64,000 nucleotides of DNA from Octopus sinensis (lineage: Eukaryota). The notes beneath the pieces are model-generated. The model did not search any database. It had not been told where the DNA came from and saw only the letters and a list, made by a program, of their open reading frames with translations. Of the stretch, positions 13,689 to 25,080 are shown one piece after another. The translations under genes and the position numbers were made by a program. The first letter of the stretch is position 1, and each line of letters starts with the position of its first letter. The stretch lies in assembly GCF_006345805.1 (NCBI RefSeq), contig NC_043000.1:132804001-132868000 (forward strand), read 5' to 3'.

Positions 13689-13904
13689 CCCTTTAGCAAT
13701 CAGGTTACTCTGTCTAATGTAATGCTTATTCACATTGCTTTGAATTGATCATCCATTATCTCATAGCTTTGCGAATCGAACGACATGTCAGTTTATTTTT
13801 AAAATGACATTGTAGGGTAGGTTAGAGAGACTGGATCTGGTTAGTTTGAACATAAAACAGGTAGAATATTTTGGCAGGATATGGCCAGTTTGAATGCTTA
13901 AGAG
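13689..13904. mobile_element. piggyBac-type MITE (TTAACCCTTTAGCA family)
   Basis: TTAA|CCCTTTAGCA ... degenerate TGCTTAAGAG|CCAA; related copies at 18290-18420 and 30899-31446. Confidence 0.6.
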
Positions 13905-14065
13905 CCAACCAAGACAGAAAGTTTTTTTCCCTTTTTTTGGAGGGTGAAAAATGGCTGTGTACAGAAAGAGGATCAATGTTTTTTGTTATGACCTTTATAT
14001 TATAAACTGAATATGCTAAAACAAAATAACACTGAAAGGAACAATTTGACACTACATCTTTATAT

Positions 14066-14420
14066 AGGTGTAGGAGTGGCTGTGTGGTAAGTAGCTTGCT
14101 TATGAACCACATGGTTCCGGGTTCAGTCCCACTGCATGGCACCTTGGGCAAGTGTCTTTTACTATAGTGTCGAGCAGATCAAAGCCTTGTGAATGGATTT
14201 GGTAGACGGAAACTGAAAGAAGCCTGTCATATATATATATATGTATGTGTGTGTATATGTTTGTGTGTGTGTTTATCCCCGTAACTTAGCGGGTCAGCAA
14301 AAGAGTCCAATAGAATAAGTACTAGGTTTACAAAGAATAAGTCCTGGGGTTGATTTGTTTGACTAAAAGGTGGTGCTCCAGCATGGCCACAGTCACACGA
14401 CTGAAACAAGTAAAAGAGTA
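14066..14420 (+). mobile_element. SINE family A
   Basis: Head-to-tail match with a small internal deletion. Confidence 0.9.
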
Positions 14421-14958
14421 AATAAATATACTGCATCTTTAACCCTTTCATAACCACATTTCATATAAAATACATAACCGCTGTTTAAATTAATTTTGAA
14501 AATAATCAAGTATTTGGAGGGATTTAGTAAAACAAGTTTTGCATTATTAAGTTAGCGTTAGGCACAAAACAAAAAGACTGCTACATAAAATTTTCTGATG
14601 TAAGGTTTTAATTTAAATATGAGATTAAAATTTTGGTTTCAGGCAGGTTGGCATCAAAAGGGAATAAAATAGAAAAGAGAACAAAATATCTTGTCTGTTT
14701 TTTGGTTTGTTTGTTTATAAATTCGTTCATCTTGATTTCGTGGTTTGATCCTTGTGTGTTCGTTATGCAGACATGCATAATCTTTAATCAGTCATGCATC
14801 TTGTATGTAATTACATTCATATCATTCATTCACTGTGCTGTTATCCCTCTGGCTTTCTGCAGCTGCTTGATATATTTATTAGATTAAGTGTGTTTCTTAT
14901 AAGGAATTATTTTATCTCTAGGAACTCTCACAAATATATATATATATATATATATATA

Positions 14959-15140
14959 TTGATAGAAATGATAAGACAACAAAAGAATGAAAAAGACCTC
15001 GATATTATGTAAATAGAGGAATTTATCTGTAAATATAATATCCAATGGCCGGATAACTGAAGAGATGGTGGCATGGATTTCCGCCCCGACATCCGAAACT
15101 CGGAGTTTTATCATGGCTACCGAATAATTGTCACATATTT
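14959..15140. mobile_element. Penelope-like pseudo-LTR remnant, head-to-head inverted, embedded in (TA)n
   Basis: 14959-15032 is the reverse complement of 16515-16592; 15045-15140 is a direct copy of 16420-16510; contains a hammerhead fold. Confidence 0.7.
15052..15112 (+). ncRNA. Minimal type-I hammerhead ribozyme fold (HH1)
   Basis: GAUAA-CUGAAGA-GAUG..CAUC-C-GAA-ACUC(G)GAGU-U-UUAUC: stem I GAUAA/UUAUC, stem II GAUG/CAUC, self-complementary stem III, GUU cleavage triplet. Confidence 0.75.
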
Positions 15141-15152
15141 TATATATATATA

Positions 15153-15569
15153 CTCTTTACTCTTTTACTTGTTTCAGTCATTTGACTGCGGCCATGCTGG
15201 AGCACCGCCTTTAATCGAGCAACTCGACCCCGGGACTTATTCTTTTGTAAGCCCAGTACTTATTCTATCAGTCTCTTTTTGCCGAACCGCTAAGTGACGG
15301 GGACATAAACACACCAGCATCGGTTGTCAAGCAATGCTAGGGGGACAAACACAGACACACAAACATACACACAAACATACACACACATATATATATACAT
15401 ATATACGACAGGCTTCTTTCAGTTTCCGTCTACCAAATCCACTCACAAGGCTTTGGTCGGCCCGAGGCTATAGCAGAAGACACTTGCCCAAGATACCATG
15501 CAGTGGGACTGAACCCGGAAGCATGTGGTTGATAAGCAAGCTACTTACCACACAGCCACTCCTGCACCT
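15153..15569 (-). mobile_element. SINE family A
   Basis: Full-length, well-conserved reverse-strand copy. Confidence 0.9.
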
Positions 15570-15809
15570 ATATATATATATTTATAATAAAAAAAAAATG
15601 AAGAAAAAACACAAGAAAAAAACAACAATGTGATGACATGGTACATGCACAGTATTAATAGATTCTCAGGGAAGGAAAGAAAAGTAGTTTTACAGTTCAA
15701 GCATAGCACTTCTTCAGAAACAAGAGACAGAGGACAGACCAAGAGAAAACGAAGACAGAGGGGGAAAAAAAAATCACCAACGATCCACATGTAGTTACAT
15801 TTTGAAAAT

Positions 15810-15960
15810 GTATATATATATATATATACATACACACACACACATATATATATATATATAGATAGATAGATAGATAGATAGATAGACTGAAATATATAGA
15901 TTGATAGATAAATAGATATAGATATATATATATATATATATACATATATGTATGTGTGTG
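15810..15960. repeat. Compound (TA)n/(CA)n/(GATA)n microsatellite
   Basis: Seen directly. Confidence 0.95.
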
Positions 15961-16306
15961 TTATTATTTAAGACAGTTTGATTTGGTTCCACGTGACCAT
16001 AAAGTTTTGCAGGCTTTTTACTGAAAGGTAGCTCATTCAAGCTCAGATTACCGATTGTTGAAGATGGTTAGTGGAAAATGGGGTGCTATTGGTCAAGGTA
16101 GGTCACAAGTGAGATTGGTATTTCAATGACACCAGATGCATTAGAAGGGAGGATTAGACCACATAGCTGGACAGGTAGCTGGTGGCACCTTGGTGTCTGG
16201 CAGGCCTTTGAAGGAGCTTGGTAGCCAATAGAAGTTAGACTGTTAAGAGGGTGTGTGTATATATATATATATATATCTGTAAATGTGACAATTATTCGGT
16301 AGCCAT

Positions 16307-16359
16307 GATAAAACTCCAAGTTTCGGATGTTAGGGTGGAAATCCATCTCATCAGTTATC
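16307..16359 (-). ncRNA. Minimal type-I hammerhead ribozyme fold (HH2), sense to the SOCS-gene pre-mRNA
   Basis: GAUAA-CUGAUGA-GAUG(14-nt loop)CAUC-C-GAA-ACUU(G)GAGU-U-UUAUC. Confidence 0.75.
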
Positions 16360-16425
16360 CGGCCATCGGAAAAAATGTTATGAAAATGACCCTTTTCATT
16401 TTCATAGCATTTTTTCCGATGGCCA

Positions 16426-16486
16426 GATAACTGAAGAGATGGCGGTGTGGATTTCCACCCTGACAACCGAAACTCAGAGTTTTATC
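16426..16486 (+). ncRNA. Minimal type-I hammerhead ribozyme fold (HH3)
   Basis: GAUAA-CUGAAGA-GAUG..CAAC-C-GAA-ACUC(A)GAGU-U-UUAUC; one stem II mismatch. Confidence 0.65.
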
Positions 16487-16646
16487 CTGGCTACTGAATA
16501 ATTGTCACATATTACAGTTACAGATAAATTCCTCTATTTGCATAATATCGAGGTCTTTTCATTCTTTTATTGTCTTACCATTTCTATCAATATATTACAT
16601 ATATACATACATACATGTATATATATATATATATAAGATGTATGAG

Positions 16647-17500
16647 TGCATGTATATATTGTGTTAAACAGATTTCGGGGGCGGGGGGATCAAGAAGTTT
16701 ATTGAATTGAACAGCAACTTCCTTTTCTATTAAGAATGTGGTCAGCTGTGTATATATATTGTGTTAAATGCATTTTAAGGCTGGTCAACAATTTTATTGA
16801 AAGGGCTTGGAAGGAATAATATTTTCTTCTTTGTGCTGTGTGTGTGTGTTTCGTTTTTTGGGAATATTTTGTTTTGTCTTTTGGGAATTTGTTGTTTTAT
16901 TGGCAGCAATAAAATGCTGTTTTTGCCGAGCAGAAACGCTCTTTGGATAAGTATGTTCTTCAGTTCATCCAGTTTTTTCATGCTGAGATGGACCTGATAC
17001 TATTGTACATATTCACTTAGTCTTTTCGGTGACATGATGTGAACAAAAGATACTGCTTGGAGTCAGTGGGTTTATAGAATATGTCCATTTCTATTTTCTC
17101 AACCTAAGCAACAACATCCAATTCACAATGGATTTTAACCCCAAGGAACTTGCCTTTCTAGATATCTTAGTTGTAAACACAGATGGAAAAGAATTTTACT
17201 ATTCATTTCAATAAAAAAAACACACATACAAAACAACATATTCTCAAAAAACAAAGTGCGCGCGTGCACACACACACACACACACATACACACAGATGCA
17301 CACCACAAAGCAAAGAGAAAATAATTCCTTCCAAACCCTTTCAATAAAATTGCTGACCAGCCTTTAAATCCATTTAACACAATATATACACACAACTGAC
17401 CATATTCTCAATAAGAAAGGAACTTGCCAATCAATTATAATAAAATTCTTGACCCCCCAATGATGCAAGTATATATTTAACACAATATATACATGCAGCT
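16647..17500. mobile_element. Head-to-head pair of Penelope-like element ORF fragments (RT C-terminus/thumb)
   Basis: Plus 17095-17214 reads FLNLSNNIQFTMDFNPKELAFLDILVV; minus 17086-16900 reads DIFYKPTDSKQYLLFTSCH...LDELKNILIQR; flanking ~220-bp arms (16647-16880 vs 17240-17495) are diverged inverted repeats. Confidence 0.8.
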
Positions 17501-17643
17501 GACCATTTTCTGAATAAAAAAGAAAGATAAAATGTTTTGACACAAAAAAATTCCTTTCACAAAACAATACATACACAGCACAGAGCTGGCCATATCCTGA
17601 ACATAAATTTGCTATTCAAATCAAAAGAATTCTTTTCAATATA

Positions 17644-18033
17644 GGCGTAGGAGTGGCTGTGTGGTAAGTAGCTTGCTTAACAACCACATAGTTCTAGGTT
17701 CAGTCCCATTGCGTGGCACCTTGGGCAAGTGTCTTCTACTGTAACCTCAGGCCGACCAAAGCCTTGTGAGTGGATTTGGCTGATGGAAACTGAAAGAAGC
17801 TCGTTGTGTATGTGTATATATATGTGTGTGTGTGTCTGTGTTTGTCCCCCCCCCCAACATCGCTTGACAACCAATGGTGGTGTGTTTACATTCCCGTAAT
17901 TTAGTGGTTCGGCAAAAGAGACTGATAGAATAAGTACTAGGCTTACAAAGAATAAGTCCTGGGGTCAATTTGCTCGACTAAAGGCGGTGCTCCAGCATGG
18001 CCACAGTCAAATGACTGAAACAAGTAAAAGAGT
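17644..18033 (+). mobile_element. SINE family A
   Basis: Full-length match. Confidence 0.9.
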
Positions 18034-19843
18034 GATTCAATAGAATTCCTCACACTTGACTCCTAGACCCCCATTCCAGTACCCTACATAGATAACATAT
18101 ATAAGAAGAGACTCTAAGATGAAATTTCACTCATGTTCTGAACTATGCACAAAATATAACAATAAAATGTTCTTAATTTCTAATTTTTTCTTATTTACAA
18201 AATTTTTATATTGATATGATGGACATACACATGAAAATTGGTAATATTTTATAAAAGTCACTCAATGTAAGAAATATGCAAAAAATCTTTAACCATTTAG
18301 CATTTAAGACAGTCATCTCTGGTCCAAATGTTCTACCCTGTCTTATGTTCAAACCAGCCAGATCTGGCCTTTCACACCTACCCTACAATGACATTCTAAA
18401 AATAAACAATCACATTCAAGTGATGCTGTGGAAGGACTGTTAGGGTAATAATAATGGTACAAGAAACTTAGAAAAGAATCAACATGTAAGAGTTGCTTTA
18501 GATGTTGTCACAAATATTTAAGTGTGTAACAGCTGGTTCCTCCCAAATTTGTTAATGACACTTTAATGTGAAGTGTAAAATCTTCCCTGGTTTAGAGACA
18601 ACAGCTGTTCAGAGACGAAGTAGTTTCTGTTACAAAGTGAAGCCTTAACTTTGAGATGAAATTTTGATTCCTTGATAAATACAAGGCAACAATGAGATGT
18701 CATCAGTCATTGAGTTGTCTAGCAAATATGAAGACAACGGTGATAGTTCTAGTTTATGTGTTGTTGAGAAAAAAAGGAGTGTATGATAATGTAAGTGTAT
18801 TTCCAAGTGATATGTAGTAACTATTTTGATTTTGTTAAAGGATGTCATTGTTGTATACTAAATAGAAGATTTTTGTTAAAGGATGTCATTGCTGTATGCT
18901 CATTGGAAGATTTTTATAATTGCTGTATACTCATTGGAACATATGAGTATATGTGTAGAGTGTCTATCTAGACTGTAGTTGGATGAGAGATAAGTGCCAA
19001 AATGTTATCAAGGAGTCAAATGTGATATCATCTTCATAATGTTATGCTTGTTTAGCAATACTGGTTAAGTGATGTAGAGAAGGAGGAGTATGGGGAACAT
19101 AATAAAACTCTGGAAAAGAACAGAGATAATAGGATGTGTTGTAATAGGATAATAGGATGTGTTGACATACATGCAATGAAACGGTCTGAGAGGAAACTAT
19201 CAATCCTAGATAACAAAGACAAGTTGTTAACCTGACCTGTGATCAAAAACACTTCAACTATGACCATCTTTATTTTCAGGCTACTTCTTTTCTATGCATC
19301 TTTCAGTTTTCTTTGTCTTTTTTTTTAAAAGATGGCAAAGTATAATTTGAGAGAAATTTGTTGATGTATCTAGCAGGTCAAGCAACCATGCACAGGTTCC
19401 TTTCTTGGTTTAATGAGACATAGATGGGCAAGTTTATTGGGAGGTTCTTATGCTTGACAATGCTCCTTTAGGCAGAAGTTTACAAGAACAAAAAACAAGA
19501 CAAACGGTATTTGATGTAGGGTTGTAGAAATCATACAAATGGTCACTATAGTGTAAAATATGTGGCCTTTTGTGATGGCTGCAGCTACCATTTTTTGAGA
19601 TTATGGTATTTGGTCAAATGAATATGGTAATGAAGTACCTAATAATGGGTCTTGCAATTCAAACTTGCTGCTTATAATTCGATGTACATATGGATTATCA
19701 ACCTACCTCAATTCAAGCATAGATATTGGATTGATCCTCTAAATACCAGCCTTTAAAATCTTTGCAAGATTTATAAGACATTTATAATAACCCCACCATA
19801 CACACTCTGTGATTCTCTCTGTAAAATTTAAATTACTTGTTAC

Positions 19844-19991
19844 CTGCATGTCCACATTTCCACTGTTCTAGTGAGCACTGATGTAACAGCGCCCATGGCT
19901 GTGCTTGTTCTGCCATCCTCCTCATGTTCCCGACAACAGCACTGGCTCCCATCAAGTCATATCTACCAGCTTTGCTTTCATCAGCTCCCAT
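19844..19991 (-). CDS. SOCS-box protein, upstream coding exon (whole exon 20049-19844; likely start MGADESK at 19991)
   Basis: Strong acceptor TTTGTTTATTTCTTCTTTAG|A and donor CAG|GTAACA; the only fully open frame ends in phase 1, and G+AA gives GAA in frame with exon 11152; ATG context AGAATGG. Confidence 0.7.
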
Positions 19992-20557
19992 TCTGAGCTG
20001 ACCTCCACGTTGATGCTGTCGATGGCGATCACGGGCCCACTTCTCGCGTCTAAAGAAGAAATAAACAAAAAGAAACAAAATATAAAATCGTGAAATCATA
20101 ATCATTCTTTGCTAACAGTCTTATGAACATTATATAATAAATATATCTTAATGAAGGACATTAGCAATATGTCTAAAACAAAATAGCTGCAATTAAATGT
20201 TGGAATCAGGTGTTAGACTACTTTGATACTACATGTATGACACAGGAAATTATTTTCTTTTCAAAGCTTATTGTGTTGCCAGCCATCATTACTCCTAAAT
20301 AATGACCTAAGTTATATCAGTTTCAGATTTTGGCACAAAGCCAGCAGCTTCAAGGAAGAGGCCAAGTCGACCCCCACTACTCAGTTAATACTTATTTTAT
20401 TGATTCTGAAAGGATGAAAGGAAAAGTTGACCTTGGTGGCATTTGAACTCAGAACATAAGGACAGACAAAATGCTTAGCAGCATTTTGTCCAGCATGTCA
20501 ACAATTCTGTTGCCTTCTTAGTTATATTATTATATTAGTTATATTATTATATATAGA

Positions 20558-21030
20558 AGGTGGCGAGCTGGCAGAAATGTTAGCATGCCTGGCGAAATGC
20601 TCAGAGGTGTTTTGTCTGCCGAAGGCGGCAAGCTGGGAGAAACATTAGCACACCAGGGGAAATGCTTAGCGGTATTTCGTCTGCCGCTACGTTCTGAGTT
20701 CAAATTCCGCTGAGGTTGACTTTGCCTTTCATCCTTTCGGGGTTGATTAAATAAGTACCAGTTACGCACTGGAGTCGATCTAATTGACTTAATCCATTTG
20801 TCTGTCCTTGTTTGTCCCCTCTGTGTGTAGCCCCTTGTGGGCATTAAAAGAAATAAGTATTTCATCTGCCGTTACGTTCTGAGTTCAAATTCCGCTGAGG
20901 TCGACTTTGCCTTTCATCCTTTCAGGGTCAATAAATTAAGTACCAGCTACGCACTGGGGTTGATGTAATCGACTGGCCCCCTCCCCCAAAATTTTGTGCC
21001 TTGTGCCTAGAGTAGAAAAGATTATTATAT
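20558..21030 (+). mobile_element. Nested SINE family C: a C1 copy inserted into a C2 copy
   Basis: Head restarts at ~20624; after the C1 tail the host resumes at 20858; degenerate ~15-bp duplication GTGTTTTGTCTGCCG/GTATTTCATCTGCCG. Confidence 0.75.
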
Positions 21031-22263
21031 TCAAGTGGATAGGTAGCTGGGAATGTAACATACAACTAGTCTTTTTACAACTGTAGTTTGCAACCTTATG
21101 AAGCCGAGTTCAAATTCTGATGAGGTAAATTTTGTTTTTTTATTCCTTTAAGGTTTATAAAATTAGTACTCAGGTTAGTCCAACTGATTTCATTGTAGCT
21201 ACTCTTATAAAAGTGCCTGTTGTTTCATCAAAGTAAATTCTTAGAGTGACAGAGAGATATCATGAGGTGATGATAAATAATATAAAGGATATTAGCAATT
21301 TGGAAGTTGTTGGGTCATGAGAGAGATAATTTACATTGGCAAGGCACATGATGTATGCTGGAAGAAGGTCCAAAACCCGGTAATAAAAATTACCATGCAG
21401 TGGATACAACAAGGATTTTAGAAAAGTTAGGTCAAAACTGAAATTATACATGATTCAAAGATGCAATGAATGAGAAGATGTGCAGCAGACACATCCAACC
21501 GATTCCAATACAAAAGTGAAGAACAGAAATGGATGATGATGGTGATAGTTATTACAATGATGACCAGGATGATGGTGAGGGATAGGGTAGGGATGGTCTG
21601 ATGGAGGAAGAAGTGAAGGAGGTGATAATTATCTTAATCGTTAACACCCATTTCCTCAATTTCCATTTCCATCATTCTCCAAATAGTGCTCTGTTTTTCA
21701 AGCAAACAAAGGATCTTTGAGGCCAATTTGCCTAACTTTGTAGCATAGCAACGAAGTCTCTCTTCAAACAATTTCCAACTGTTTATTCTTCACAACAGCT
21801 GAAAATACACTAGCAGTGAATTGGGTGGGATATCCAAAAAACATCAATTTACTTCTTTGTTTCTAGTTTACAAAAACAAAACAAAAACCAAAAAATAAAT
21901 GCTTCCTAAGCACAATAGCCTCTGCTTAACTCTGGTTTTATGCTGTATAATAAATGAGACATAAATCTCTCCTGGATAGAATGCTAGTCATCAATGTATA
22001 TTTACCTACCCCTGAACTGTGACAAAAATGTAAAATAAACTATTCTGTCCCCAAACAGAACAATGCAATATCAGCAACAGATTTGAACTCAGTACCTAAG
22101 ATTATGGAATCCAATGTCTTACCTACTCAACCATCTCACCACTGCTACCCCTCCTATTCAATTTTGTATGTTTCCAAGGGGTTATTTCCTGTTAAAAACA
22201 TACACCCATACATTTATCAAATATATTTTTCATACTCTGCAAGAAGTAAACAAGTCACAAATA

Positions 22264-22784
22264 TCGTAAATCCTCGAGTATAATCCGCATTTTCCCCCCA
22301 AAATTTAAAGGTCAAAATCCCTAGTGCGTACTATATACAAGGTTAAAAATGAAAATTATTTTCTAAGCAATGTCCGAGTCACGATTTGCTGTCCGGCAAT
22401 GTTTATTCAGACGCATTTTGTGATGTCGGGCGCGAAAATACCTTAGGGTAAGCCTGAAAGCAATGAAATCATAAAAGAATCATCCATAACTTGCAGTGAG
22501 CAACATTTATTAAACGTTATTACTGTTATTACTATTATTTCTTTATTTTCTGCAAACAAAATGCACAAAAAAGCTACACGTTTGCATTATGTTATATATA
22601 CAATAATAATAAAAGACGTTACCGCATACAATTTTACAAACCAAGGATGTTATATAGACCTCCTTGACTCAAGTTAGAGAAGGGGTGCGTATTATACATA
22701 AGGTTTAGGTTTTTCAGAGATACAGTCCCCTAAAAATCCCCTGCGTATTATACTCAAGGGTGGACTATACTTGAGGATTCACGG
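22264..22784. mobile_element. Tc1/pogo-type MITE (~520 bp)
   Basis: TA|TCGTAAATCCTCGAGTATAATCCGCA ... TGGACTATACTTGAGGATTCACGG|TA terminal inverted repeats. Confidence 0.8.
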
Positions 22785-24274
22785 TATATACCAAGAGAAA
22801 ATTAAATAAATATTGGGTGGTAGACTTAACTTTAACCCTTCACCCAGTTTAACATCACTACCCACCTAGCTCCATGAGTGTCTTTAGATAAGTCTACCCT
22901 TTACAAGTATTTAACTCAGGTCTTTGATTTAAGGATTCCTTCTGCCCTCCCTCCCACTAGTTTCAAAGATCCAATCAAGGATCACAGGCCTTGCCTTTAA
23001 ATAGATTTTAAAAAATGTTCTTGTATTTTGTCATTTGATAGCAACCAATAGGTTTATAGCTGAATGATGTAAAAGTCAACATAGAGGAAATATTCAGTTG
23101 CTGTTTACACCCAAGCCAGTTCTGATTGAGCAGAATTGAAGACATTCCAGCAATGACTCTCTTCCTTATTTTCCTTTTTGAGTGTTGTGGGCAGGAGAAG
23201 TGCTCTTGTGAATTACAACGGGGAACGCATTAGAGCTGGTGTTAAAAGAAAGAGTACCTTGTCTATTCTGCCAAGTGGCTGGTGAACAGGACTTTTTCAG
23301 CCTTGCCAAAAGGAAACCAACTTGTATGGTGCTGGTGCCACTAAAGAACACCACCAAGTACATTGTAAAGAGGTTGGCATTAGGAAGAGAGTTATTACGG
23401 CCATAGAAACCATAGCAAAACTAGGACATTAGAGTGAGACACAGTTCGCTAACCTGTTGAATCCTGTTCAACTGTCTAATCCATGCTAACAGGAAAAGAA
23501 AACATAAAACGACAATGATGATGACAATAACTATATTGTCTAATGTGTTCTTTATTTTTTAATAGCTGAATGAGATTTGCAGTGATTGGTGGTGCTAATT
23601 CTATATCATTGAACTCATCTATATACTTGTAACAAAGGTGGGATGACCACAGCTATAGAAACAATCAAATGATTTTCTTTTTTGCTTTTTTTTTTGTTTC
23701 CATATGCTACTTCTTTACCATTGACTTATTTGTGCAAAGCTGACTGACAAGATGATGTAATAATAACCACAACACACTCTCAAATGATAGCTCACTACCC
23801 TCTGTCTCTCTTCTAACATTACTAAAACACATACTCACTCCGCTGTACTTTTCAAAATAATTAAAATAATATTAGTCATTAAACTAATGTTATCTTTTCT
23901 TCACTAAATAAATATTTTTAATTAGATATTTTATGCATACTTCATTAAGTATGTCAACACTAACTTAATTAAAACAGTTTCTGTTCTGCTAAATGTTTAA
24001 ATTTAATGCTGCCACTCCTTCTCAGACCTTTGCCTCACTTATTTTCTTTTTTTTCATCATCTCTCAGAGTTGCATCTGCATGGATTCCTAAACTCTCCAT
24101 CCGGTAACCTGCAACTATTCAAAACTTAACATCAGATATCTCAATATAGGAAGATCTAAAAAATACCAGTCCTCCTTAAATGTTATATATTCTCTGAGAT
24201 GCAGCTGATGCTGTTTAACTTCAGGTTTGCCATTATAAAGTAGATCTATGAGCAAAGATTTTCCAGCTATGCCC

Positions 24275-25080
24275 ATGGCTGTGTGGTAAGTAGCTTGCTT
24301 ACCAACCACATGGTTCTGGGTTCTCATCCCATTGTGCGGCACCTTGGGCAAGTGTCTTCTACTATAGTCTTGGGCTGACCAAAACCTTGTAAGTGGATCT
24401 GGTAGACAGAAACTGAAAGAAGCCTGTTGAGGCAAGTGAAAATCAAAATCGATCAACATGAATGGAAATTGTAGCTGTGATACCAGTGCTGGTGGCACAT
24501 AAGAGAACCATCCGAATGTGGCCGTTGCCAGTGCCGCCCTGACTGGCTTCCATGCTGGTGGCACGTAAAAAGCACCATTCGATCGTGACCGTTGCCAGCC
24601 TCCCCTTGCCTCCGTGCCGGTGGCACGTAAAAAGCACCATCCGACTGGCCGTTTGCCAGCCTCGCCTGGCACCTGTGCCGGTGGTACGTAAAAAGCACCC
24701 GCTACACTCATGGAGTTGTTGGCGTTAGGAAGGGCATCCAGCCGTAGAAACATTGCCAGATCAGACTGGGCCTGGTGCAGCCTCCTGGCTTCCCAGACCC
24801 CAGTTGCACCGTCCAACCCATGCCAGCATGGAAAGCGGACGCTAAACGGTGATGATGATGATGATGATATATATATATATATCTGTGTATATATTTGTGT
24901 CTGTGTTTGTCCCCCCCCCCCCACCATTGCTCGACAACCGATGTCGGTGTGTTTAAATCCCCCATAACTTAGCAGTTCAGCAAAAGTGACCAATAAAATA
25001 AATACTAGGCTTTCAAAGAATAAGTCCTGAGGTTGATCTGTTTGACTAAAAGCGGTGCTCAAATGACTGAAACAAATAAA
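24275..25080 (+). mobile_element. SINE family A interrupted by a family-D element (24427-24868)
   Basis: A head 24275-24426; D body ending in a (GAT)n tail; A resumes at ~24870. Confidence 0.85.
24427..24868 (+). mobile_element. Repeat family D (SINE-like; ~65-bp internal tandem units; 3' ...GGAAAGCGGACGCTAAAC(GAT)n, RTE-type tail)
   Basis: Same 3' ~190 bp as about 10 other copies, with a variable number of upstream units. Confidence 0.8.

Noticed and set aside
24068-24103. 36-nt plus-strand candidate exon with good splice signals
   Set aside because: Too short to assess, no partner exons, and it lies between exons of minus-strand transcription units
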